Positions 10,033 through 18,600 of a stretch of 64,000 bases of DNA are shown here, piece by piece. The number at the start of each line of letters is the position of its first letter. The first letter of the stretch is position 1. The stretch spans positions 2,625 through 66,624 of the forward strand of contig JBAXPN010000003.1 of the NCBI GenBank assembly GCA_037132255.1, in the 5' to 3' direction. Below the pieces are notes generated by a model. That model saw only the letters and a program-made list of their open reading frames with translations, had not been told where the DNA came from and did not search any database. The DNA is from Candidatus Falkowbacteria bacterium (lineage in GTDB: Bacteria > Patescibacteriota > Patescibacteriia > Patescibacteriales > UBA12465). The translations under genes and the position numbers were made by a program.

Positions 10033-11513
10033 ATTTTTGAATAACTGTTTTTCTCGTTGGAGAAGAAGAGTTTTAAATTATTTTGAATATAACTAACTAT
10101 ATCCGGGCTGATCTTGCCGTCTATGGCCATATAATCAAAGATGATATAACCGTGCTTAGTATTTGTGATATTCTTTAATTCGTCCAGATTATTTATTACC
10201 TCGGCATTAACATAGTATTCTTTATTTTGTTTAATGGTCTTGTTGGTGTCTTCCATGCCTAGATAATCATATCTAATCCAATAACCGGGTTGATTTAAAA
10301 ATATCTTGTTAAAATGAGGGTGGCTTGAAATTACTATCTCATCAGGTTTAAGATTCTCTTTGATTTTGGCATAAGCCAAATTAAAGTCCGGCTGTGGGGT
10401 ATAGGCATAATAAGGACGATTAAACTGACTTGGATCGTCAGCCTCTAAAAAATAAAAATTTTTAGGGAAGATTACGCCTTCACCAGTAATAAAAAAGACT
10501 AAAACAAACAAAAACCAGCTAATAGTTTTCAGATAACTATGCTTTATTTTGTCGGTTATGTCAATAGCTACTATTGCCCCTATTATATAGAAGGCAACTG
10601 TGGTGTGAAAAAGATAGCGGTAATGAACTATGTCGCTAAAGAAAGACAAAAAGACTAGATAGATTAGAAAGGGCAGGGCAATTAGAGTGATTTGTTTTTT
10701 CTGTTCTTTCTCAGCATTAAAATAGCCAAAGATACCTATTAAGATAAATGGCCAGTAGTTTCTTAAATAAAAGCTTAGATAGTAGGGAAGATTATAATTA
10801 AGCGAGACGTTTTGGATAGCGTGAGCGATAAAATGAAGACCAAGGCCAAATTCAGCAAAAATAAGAACAGCTACTAAGGCCAAGCCAGAGATAATTATAT
10901 TTTTCTTATTTAATTTACCCTCTAATAAATACCAAGCCAACATAATCATCGGCAAAATATAAGCTAGTTTGTGGGTAGCGATAGCTAACAGAGTAAATAG
11001 AATGGACAGGGAAAAATTAAGTATTCTTTGTTTGTTGTTTTTGGCTTTTATGAATAGATAGAATAGTAGCAGAGCTAACCAGAAAAAAACTTCAAGCATC
11101 GTATACCACCGGGCCTGTTGAGACCAGGCAATCTGCCAGTAGGAAAAAGCGACAAAAAAGGACGAAAGCAGGGCGGCCTTCTGATTCTTAAAAATAGTTT
11201 TGGTTAAGAAATAGGTAAGGAGAATGAAAAAAAGACCAAAGAAGGCTGATAAGAAGCGATAAGACCAAGCATTTTGTCCGGCCACTTGAGCAATTTGCGC
11301 TGTTGGATAACAGTAAAGAGGGCAGAAATATTTTTCACCGGAATCAAGAATGCTGGATCCGTTTACGTAGCCATTTTGCGTACCCGAAATGACAGCGTTA
11401 ATTGTGTAGCCCTCGTCCATCCAATATGATTGATTGCCGAGATGGTAAAATCTTAAAAATAGGCCAAAAAATAATATAAAGCCTAAAATTAATATTGTAT
11501 TTGTTTTTTTCAT
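10014..11513 (-). CDS. GT-C fold membrane glycosyltransferase (ArnT/PMT family 39/83-like)
   Basis: YWMDEGYT (DE motif in the first loop), multiple TM helices, soluble C-terminal domain. Confidence 0.7.
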   Translation of the reverse strand: MKKTNTILILGFILFFGLFLRFYHLGNQSYWMDEGYTINAVISGTQNGYVNGSSILDSGEKYFCPLYCYPTAQIAQVAGQNAWSYRFLSAFFGLFFILLTYFLTKTIFKNQKAALLSSFFVAFSYWQIAWSQQARWYTMLEVFFWLALLLFYLFIKAKNNKQRILNFSLSILFTLLAIATHKLAYILPMIMLAWYLLEGKLNKKNIIISGLALVAVLIFAEFGLGLHFIAHAIQNVSLNYNLPYYLSFYLRNYWPFILIGIFGYFNAEKEQKKQITLIALPFLIYLVFLSFFSDIVHYRYLFHTTVAFYIIGAIVAIDITDKIKHSYLKTISWFLFVLVFFITGEGVIFPKNFYFLEADDPSQFNRPYYAYTPQPDFNLAYAKIKENLKPDEIVISSHPHFNKIFLNQPGYWIRYDYLGMEDTNKTIKQNKEYYVNAEVINNLDELKNITNTKHGYIIFDYMAIDGKISPDIVSYIQNNLKLFFSNEKNSYSKIWVYQF

Positions 11514-11536
11514 TTTTATTGTTTAATATACTATCC

Positions 11537-11565
11537 AGTTTACGGATTTCTTGGTTTTTTGTCAA
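11537..11565 (-). promoter_or_regulatory. Sigma70-like promoter TTGACA-17-TAAACT for the 10014..11513 operon
   Basis: Read on the minus strand. The -35 lies in one arm of a 10-bp inverted repeat shared with the divergent promoter. Confidence 0.45.
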
Positions 11566-11599
11566 TTTTTGGGGCAATTTTGGATAATTATTTTTGCTA

Positions 11600-11628
11600 T
11601 TGACAAAATTAGCATCTTAGCCTAAGAT
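11600..11628 (+). promoter_or_regulatory. Sigma70-like promoter TTGACA-17-TAAGAT for 11729..12685
   Basis: Consensus -35, 17-nt spacer, plausible -10. Confidence 0.45.
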
Positions 11629-11728
11629 TAAGCTATAAATAATTTAATTAGAATTTAATAAAAATTTAAATAAAATTAGTAATTTACTTACTAATAATTT
11701 CTTTTTAAAATTATCTTATTTTAAAAAT

Positions 11729-12685
11729 ATGCAAAAAAAGAATTTAATAAAATCTAGCGTAGCAGTAGCCTCTTTAGTTGTTGCTTCCATGTTTGGTTTC
11801 TCTGCCGCTTTTGGTTATGGTGGTGGAGGTGGAGCCTCATATAGTGCTCCAGCACCGGCAGTCACTGCTATTGGAGTGCCCTTAACGATTGGTTCTTCTC
11901 AAGAAGGAGTGGCTACTAACAATCTTGGCAACGGAATAGTTGTTCAAGTAGCGGTACCAAAAGGCGCTGTAACTGGGCAAACAACTTTTAAAACAGAATT
12001 AGGCCAAGTAGGCGAAAATCAACCGACCGGATCATTTATGGTTGGTGGTCAAGTTTTTAATATCACTGCCACTGACATTAATAATAATTCAGTTACCAGT
12101 TTCTCGAACAACCTCACTATTACTTTACAAATTCCTGGCCTTCCCGCTGATGTTTCTGATTTAGGAGTTTATTGGTTCAACACTTCTACTAATGCTTGGG
12201 TTTTAGTTCCGGGCGCAATCTTCAACACTGCTTCAGGTAAAGTTACTTTCTCAGTTAATCATTTAACTAAATTTGCTGTTTTGAGTTCGAAGGGAACACC
12301 AGCAACTATCTCCATAAGTCCGGCCGTGATTAAACAAGTTCTAGGCGAAAAGAAGTATGCTGATGGAACATTGTTAAAGGGAACCAACCACCGAATTTAT
12401 GTTGTTAAAGGCAATGCTATTCAATATATCTCTACTTTGAAAGAATTAGCTAAATATCGTGGCCCAGTTTTAAAGGTTAGCGATGAGGTTATTTCTTCTT
12501 TCTCTAAGGCTGCTGTCTTAGGCGCCAAGAAATATGCCAACGGTACTTTAGTTAAAGCTAAGGGCGACGCTAAAATCTACGTGATTAAAGATGGAAAGAA
12601 AGTTCATATCAAGTCTCTAGCTGAATTAAGACAGCAAAAGGGTAAAACTTTAACTGTTGAGGCTAGCGAGTTAAATAATTACTAA
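11729..12685 (+). CDS. Secreted protein with C-terminal tandem ~55-aa repeats
   Basis: Signal peptide (MQKKNLIKSSVAVASLVVASMFGFSAAFG), Gly run, beta-rich middle, then two copies of KKYA(D/N)GTL(L/V)K..IYV(V/I)K. Confidence 0.6.
   Translation: MQKKNLIKSSVAVASLVVASMFGFSAAFGYGGGGGASYSAPAPAVTAIGVPLTIGSSQEGVATNNLGNGIVVQVAVPKGAVTGQTTFKTELGQVGENQPTGSFMVGGQVFNITATDINNNSVTSFSNNLTITLQIPGLPADVSDLGVYWFNTSTNAWVLVPGAIFNTASGKVTFSVNHLTKFAVLSSKGTPATISISPAVIKQVLGEKKYADGTLLKGTNHRIYVVKGNAIQYISTLKELAKYRGPVLKVSDEVISSFSKAAVLGAKKYANGTLVKAKGDAKIYVIKDGKKVHIKSLAELRQQKGKTLTVEASELNNY
12349..12682 (+). repeat. Intragenic tandem duplication (two ~55-codon units)
   Basis: KKYADGTLLKGTNHRIYVVKGNAIQYISTLKELAKYRG versus KKYANGTLVKAKGDAKIYVIKDGKKVHIKSLAELRQQKG. 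Confidence 0.6.
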
Positions 12686-12704
12686 TATTTTCTAGTCGTA
12701 AAAA

Positions 12705-12740
12705 AAGAACCTCGTCTTAAAAAGATGGGGTTCTTTTTTG
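12705..12740 (+). terminator. Intrinsic terminator
   Basis: About 12-bp stem AAGAACCTCGTC / GATGGGGTTCTT (with G-U pairs) followed by a T run. Confidence 0.75.
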
Positions 12741-12822
12741 TATATTTGAATAATACTGGATTCTATATCTCAACTATTATTAGCCACCCAAGTCCGAAAA
12801 CTGTCTCTCCAAGCGAGCAAAT

Positions 12823-12850
12823 AAAAATACACCCAAGTGGGTGTATTTTT
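12823..12850. terminator. Bidirectional-type terminator hairpin
   Basis: AAAA-ATACACCC-AAGT-GGGTGTAT-TTTT. It lies 85 nt after the previous terminator, with no annotated gene between them. Confidence 0.6.
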
Positions 12851-12953
12851 ATTTATCTGAGAACACGCAAGGATTCGAACGGAGTTGCGTTAACTAGTAG
12901 ACGTTCAGCAGGTCGAGGTGGAAATGATTGTCCCTGTTTTTGAAGCTAGTATG

Positions 12954-12962
12954 TGATATAAT
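12954..12962 (+). promoter_or_regulatory. Extended -10 element TGaTATAAT, 6 nt upstream of the ATG at 12969
   Basis: Direct reading. The geometry implies a leaderless or near-leaderless transcript. Confidence 0.5.
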
Positions 12963-12968
12963 GCTAAT

Positions 12969-13604
12969 ATGATAAATATAATACTTACTCTCGTTGTTAT
13001 CGCTTCGCTTTGGTCTATTTGGGGATTTTTTGGTTCTCGTGTCGAGCGGACAGATTATTCTGTAGTCAAGAGAATGAAGGGTTACGAAATAAGGGAATAT
13101 CCTGCACATATTGTAGCGCAGACAAAGGTTCAGGGCCAACATGGAAGATCCATGAGTAGTGGCTTTAGAATTGTTGCTGGCTATATTTTTGGCGGAAACA
13201 CAAAAAAAGAACGTATTGCTATGACAGCGCCGGTAGTCGCCCAAAAAGGAGAAGGTTCTAATGTGTTAGAAAGTATTGCCATGACCGCGCCAGTAGTAGC
13301 AACTACCGAGGGTAACTCACAGTTGATATCTTTTGGTATGCCTCGCTCATATACGCTTGAAACATTACCAATACCGAATGATTCAAGAGTAAAAATAGTA
13401 ATGGTTCCTGCTAAGAAATATGGAGTTATGCGATTCTCTTGGTATCGCTCGGATGTGCGAATTAAACGTCTGCAGCAAAAATTAATCTTAGCGCTTACAC
13501 GTGACGGATTAACATCGATAGGGAGCGCTTCCTATGCTGGATACAATGCACCTTGGACGCCACCATGGATGACACGAAATGAAGTGTTGGTTGAGTTAAA
13601 ATAG
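12969..13604 (+). CDS. SOUL heme-binding protein family
   Basis: N-terminal anchor, YEIREYP, GYIFGGN, and a duplicated IAMTAPV motif characteristic of SOUL/HEBP. Confidence 0.75.
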   Translation: MINIILTLVVIASLWSIWGFFGSRVERTDYSVVKRMKGYEIREYPAHIVAQTKVQGQHGRSMSSGFRIVAGYIFGGNTKKERIAMTAPVVAQKGEGSNVLESIAMTAPVVATTEGNSQLISFGMPRSYTLETLPIPNDSRVKIVMVPAKKYGVMRFSWYRSDVRIKRLQQKLILALTRDGLTSIGSASYAGYNAPWTPPWMTRNEVLVELK

Positions 13605-13620
13605 AAGTAAATTTAATCAA

Positions 13621-13977
13621 ATGAATATACTTTCCAGAAATGAAAAAAGAGTGATAGTTAATAAAGGCACGGAAGCACCATTTTCTGGAGAATACGTGAA
13701 CACTAAGGCCAGGGGGATTTATGTTTGTCGTCAGTGTGAGGCGCCACTTTATGATTCTAAAGATAAATTTGAATCCAGCTGTGGCTGGCCAAGTTTTGAT
13801 GATGAAATAAGAGGCGCCATAAAGAGAGTTTTGGATGCTGATGGCTTTAGGACTGAAATAATGTGCGCCCGATGCGGTGGACATTTAGGTCACGTATTCG
13901 ATGGCGAACATTTAACAGAGAAAAACATTCGTTACTGCGTAAATTCTATTTCAATGAAATTCATTCCTAGTAAATAA
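13621..13977 (+). CDS. msrB: Peptide-methionine (R)-S-oxide reductase
   Basis: [32 protein letters not shown]: SelR/MsrB Zn-Cys and catalytic motifs. Confidence 0.95.
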   Translation: MNILSRNEKRVIVNKGTEAPFSGEYVNTKARGIYVCRQCEAPLYDSKDKFESSCGWPSFDDEIRGAIKRVLDADGFRTEIMCARCGGHLGHVFDGEHLTEKNIRYCVNSISMKFIPSK

Positions 13978-13981
13978 ATAT

Positions 13982-14470
13982 ATGAGCAAAAAAATAGTAT
14001 TAGCTGGTGGTTGTTTTTGGGGTATGGAGGAACTAATTAGGAAGCAACCGGGCGTAGTTAATACCAGCGTTGGTTATACTGGTGGAAATATCAAAAATCC
14101 TAGCTACGAGAACCACGAAGGTCACGCTGAAGCAGTTGAAATAGAATATGACTCCGAAATAACTTCATATAATAAGCTACTCGATTTTTTCTTTCAAATT
14201 CACAACCCTACTACTTTGAATCAACAAGGTAATGACATTGGTTCTTCTTATCGATCAGCAATATTTTTTGGAAACGAGGAAGAAAAAAGAGAAGCGGAAA
14301 ATTTTATAGAAATTGTAAATAAGTCAAAGCGCTGGAAAAATCCCGTGGTGACAAGTTTGGAGCCACTACAAATTTTTTACCCAGCGGAAGACTATTATCA
14401 GGATTATCTGCAAAAGAATCCTGGTGGCTATACTTGCCACGCTATTTATTTTGATAGTTACTTAAAATAA
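13982..14470 (+). CDS. msrA: Peptide-methionine (S)-S-oxide reductase
   Basis: GGCFWG active-site motif near the N-terminus; conserved GYTGG and HNPT regions. Confidence 0.95.
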   Translation: MSKKIVLAGGCFWGMEELIRKQPGVVNTSVGYTGGNIKNPSYENHEGHAEAVEIEYDSEITSYNKLLDFFFQIHNPTTLNQQGNDIGSSYRSAIFFGNEEEKREAENFIEIVNKSKRWKNPVVTSLEPLQIFYPAEDYYQDYLQKNPGGYTCHAIYFDSYLK

Positions 14471-14482
14471 TTTTATTTTTTT

Positions 14483-15427
14483 ATGATAAATAATGGATTA
14501 AGAAAAAAGTATAATCAAGCGCTTATTTTATTATTGTTAATTCTCTTTGTCGTTAATATGATTACGGGAATAATTAAAATTCCTGAAATACAGAGATATT
14601 TTCTGTTTATTTATAATTATATTTCTGCCGCTCAAATGTCCTGGTTGCATGATTATTCTGGTTTGGGGCTAGCCATGCTAATTATTGTCCACCTTGTTGT
14701 TAAAAGAAGATGGCTCGGAGATTTATTAAAACTAAACTTTAAAATTTCGACGAAATTATTTAGTACTTTATTTATTATTGTTGTTGCCGGCTTATTTTTA
14801 GGCGTCGTTTATTATGTTAAAGTTAATGACATTATTAATAGAAAAACGACAAATCTTTCAGCCGTTGAGATCAAAGAATATAAAGGTGAAAAATTAGGCT
14901 CCATCGATGATTTTAGAGAGAATTCAATTAAGGGGGTCCAATATGTTAACAGAGATACTTATAAATTAGAAATCACGGGATTAATTTCTAATCCTATTGA
15001 TTATAGTTATGATGATATTTTGAAATTGCCGTCATATCAGAAAGTGGTGAAGCTTGATTGCGTTGAGGGTTGGAGTGTAAAGGCTTTATGGGAGGGCATT
15101 CTCGTCAAAGATATTCTAAAAAATTTAAATATAAAACCAGAGGCTAAAACAGTCATTTTCTATGCGAGTGACGGATATTCTACCTCTTTCCCATTAGATT
15201 ATATTTTGAATAACGATATTATAATGGCCGACAAATTAAATGGTGTTTACTTGCCGCCCGAAAGAGGTTTTCCATTTCAATTAGTTGCCGAGCAAAAATG
15301 GGGCTATAAATGGATAAAATGGATAACTAAAATTGAGTTATCTAGCGATACGAATTATAAAGGATTTTGGGAAAGTCGTGGTTATAATAACGATGGTAGT
15401 TTGGATGGATCAAAATATGCGCGTTAA
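14483..15427 (+). CDS. Fusion of a 4-TM domain (DUF4405-like) with a molybdopterin-dependent oxidoreductase domain (YedY/MsrP/sulfite-oxidase fold)
   Basis: N-terminal TM helices with His residues, then LDCVEGWS..YASDGYS..LPPERGFPFQLVAEQKWGYKWIKWITKIEL typical of Oxidored_molyb. Confidence 0.7.
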   Translation: MINNGLRKKYNQALILLLLILFVVNMITGIIKIPEIQRYFLFIYNYISAAQMSWLHDYSGLGLAMLIIVHLVVKRRWLGDLLKLNFKISTKLFSTLFIIVVAGLFLGVVYYVKVNDIINRKTTNLSAVEIKEYKGEKLGSIDDFRENSIKGVQYVNRDTYKLEITGLISNPIDYSYDDILKLPSYQKVVKLDCVEGWSVKALWEGILVKDILKNLNIKPEAKTVIFYASDGYSTSFPLDYILNNDIIMADKLNGVYLPPERGFPFQLVAEQKWGYKWIKWITKIELSSDTNYKGFWESRGYNNDGSLDGSKYAR

Positions 15428-15503
15428 ATTAATAAATATCTTGTGAATGCGTAATTAGCAACGCTATTTCTAATCTTTCTGTGTAGATAAAGAAACATCA
15501 ATA

Positions 15504-15530
15504 AAGAGGCATTTTGTCTCTTTTTTTATT
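15504..15530 (+). terminator. Intrinsic terminator after the msr block
   Basis: AGAGGC-ATTTT-GTCTCT (one G-U pair) followed by a T7 run. Confidence 0.55.
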
Positions 15531-15666
15531 AGCGCTGGCGGTTCTCATACCAGTATAATTAGTGTATAATATCAAATGAATACCTTAAGAGAAAAGCTTC
15601 TATTCGCCGTTCTTTAGAAGCAAAAAATTGATGATATTCAATTTTTATAATTATTATTTACTTACT

Positions 15667-18600
15667 ATGTATAAAAAAAATATAAACTACATTAAATTGA
15701 TAATATTTTCTGTTTTTTTTCTATTTGCCCCTTTTTCCTTAAACGCAGCTACTTCGTTAACTGATGATTTTACTGGCACCACAATAAATACAGGAAAATG
15801 GACGGAGTATGATACTGGCGGAATTGGCGGGACAGCTGGTAATGTCCAGCAGAATGACGTCTTAACTATTACTGGCGACGGATCATGGAATCATAATGGC
15901 TTAAAGTCTGTCCAGACTTTCGACAGAACTTACGGCGATGTTACAATCGAAGGCGATTGGCAATTGAAAAATTCTTGTGCTACGGATTCCGCCCCCTCCG
16001 TTGCAGTTATGTATGGCGATTGGGTAAATGGAATTCAGCAGTCTGGGACGCTTTCATTAATTTATTTTAGTGGTAAATTTGCTTTATATAATTCATCGAC
16101 TACTTATAATCTTGCAACTCAGATAACTTGTGTCGCGAATACCACGATTCATTATAAATTTGTAATTAGACAAGTCGGAGGCGTTGACGTCTATCTGAAT
16201 GGTAGCGCGACCCCTAATGGGTCTCTTACTATAGCCCAGGCTCCAAATACATTCACTAATAAATACATTCTTTTGCAGCAAAAAAGTAACACTATCCCCG
16301 CGAATGGCAATTCAACAATTACTCTCGATAATTTACTTGTTGCAACCAGCGATGCTCCAGCGGCTCCTGCTAATTTAACAACCACTCCTGCATCCGGCCA
16401 AGTAGCTCTTAGCTGGACAGCTCCAGCAAACGGAGGTAGTACTATTACCGATTATATAATTCAATATAAACTTTCTTCTGAACCCTCTGTTTGGGCTACT
16501 TTTGCTGACGGGACCTCAGCCGCAACCACAACAATTATAAGTGGTCTTTCTAATGGTTTATCGTATGATTTTAGAGTTTCGGCTATAAATGGAATAGGAA
16601 CAGGTAGTTTTTCAAGCGTTGTTTCATCTATCCCAAATCTTTATGTTCCGTCTGCACCTCCTGGTTTAATCGCTAGTTTTAATTCTAATAATCGAATTAA
16701 CTTATTATGGACTACACCTATAACAGATGGTGGAGCAAATATTACTGATTATTTAGTAGAATACAAATTAACGTCAGAGCCTACAGTTTGGACTACTTTT
16801 GTGGATGGAGTATCAACATCAACCACATCTGTGGTCACTGGTCTTACTGGCGGCGCAACTTATAATTTTAGAGTTTCGGCGATAAATTCAGTTGGCACAA
16901 GTTCAAACTCAAATATTGTGACTAAGAAAGCTGGAGCCTACTTACTTTACGATGATTTTACTGGGACAACTATAGATACGAATAAATGGATAGAGTACGA
17001 TTCAGTGGCGAGCGGCGGAACAGCCGGAAAAGTTCAGCAGAATAATGCGCTTAGCATGATCGGTACGAGTAATTGGACTACTAATGCTTTAAAATCTGTC
17101 CAGACTTTTGATCGAAGTATTGGCGACATAGTTATAGAAACAGATTGGACAATTAGCGATTGTTCCTCGGTAACGGCTGTCGGTGGAATTTCCTATGGCG
17201 ATTGGGTGACGAATGGCACGGTTGCCAATAATACCCTGATGCTCCAGTTCAGTAATGGGACGTTTAAATTATTTCATTGGCCATCGGCTATTTCGTCGTC
17301 TGCGTCATGCACGAGCGGCGTGCCTATCCATATAAAGGAAGTTATTTATAAAGCTGGCGGCATGGATGTATTTTTAAATGGTAGCAGCACGGCCAGCGTT
17401 TCTCTTAGTGTAATAAATGCCCCCTCCACATTTAATAACCAGCCAATATCATTCCAGCAATTTAATGCTTTAAATTCATTCTTTGATAATTTAACAGTTT
17501 CAAATACCGGTTATACGATTCCGGATAAAACAGTTGGCTTATTATCAACCCCACGAGATAATAGTGTCGAATTATCTTGGACAACTCCGGCAAATGGAGG
17601 TAGCGCCATTACTGACTATCTCATACAATATAAACTTTCTTCTGAGCCATCTGCTTGGATAACTTTTGTTCATGATGCCTCGTCCTCTTCGGCCGCTTTC
17701 GTTACTGGACTTACTAATGGCCAGAGCTATGATTTTAAAGTTTCAGCTTTAAATATAAATGGAATAGGTACAAGTTCTGATATTACAACTGCTGTTCCAG
17801 TCTCAAGTGTTCCATCTGCTCCGAGAAGTTTATTAGCAACTAACACAATAAGCAGCCAGATAAATTTATCTTGGAACGTGCCTATAACAAATGGTGGGGC
17901 GAGTATCTCAGATTATTTAATAGAATATAAATTAAGCTCGGAGCCAACTGTATGGACAACTTTTCCCGATGGAGTATCATTGGCAAGTTCGACGATCGTC
18001 ACAGGGCTGACTAATGGTTTATACTATGACTTTAGGGTTTCCGCTATAAATAGTTATGGGGTTGGGACAAATTCTTCTATAGTTACAAAAGCGGCCGTTA
18101 ATCCGACTTCAGTTCCACCTGTTGCAAGTTCAGTCGCTATTGTTGGTCAATCTCATGTTTCCGAATATTTACTTGGTTCATATGTTTACTCCGATGAAAA
18201 TGCAAATCCGGAAGGGCTAACAACTTATCGTTGGCTAAGGGCTAATACTTTGGGTGGAGCTTATTCGCCAGTCTCCGGAGCGACAAATATTAACTATACG
18301 GTTAGTACTGACGATTTAAATAAATATTTAAAACTCGAAATTACCCCAGTTTCAACTGTGACCCCATTTACCGGAACGCCGGTTTTGAGTAATGCCATCG
18401 GACCAATTTCAGCGCCCACTTATATTTATCACATATTATCTACGGGGCAAAGTTTATCTTTGGGCGTTGCTGGTACTCCGACTCTTTCTACTTCGCAGCC
18501 GTATAATAATAAAATGTTAAATGGTACAAATTTTACAGCTCTTGTTGAGGGAAGCGCCGAAACACCTGCGAGTGCAATGGGCAATGGAATTACTTTTGTA

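Noticed and set aside
12856-12945. Possible minus-strand tRNA, suggested by GGATTCGAAC (the reverse complement of a GTTCGAATCC T-loop).
   Set aside because: The flanking bases do not form a 5-bp T stem. The only stem (CGCAA/TTGCG) leaves a 14-nt loop. I could build no acceptor, D or anticodon arm on either strand. At most it is a decayed fragment.
15554-15620. Tandem TATAAT boxes, a 13-codon mini-ORF (MNTLREKLLFAVL, 15576-15617) and a GCTTCT/AGAAGC hairpin upstream of the giant gene, considered as a regulatory leader.
   Set aside because: The ORF is very short and the hairpin has a 14-nt loop and no U tail. Without conservation data this cannot be told apart from chance in AT-rich sequence.
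15757-18117. The internal repeats of the giant gene considered as a diversity-generating retroelement (template/variable repeat pair).
   Set aside because: The repeats are whole-domain tandem duplications in frame. No reverse transcriptase gene occurs in the window, and the differences are not restricted to adenine positions as far as I can see.
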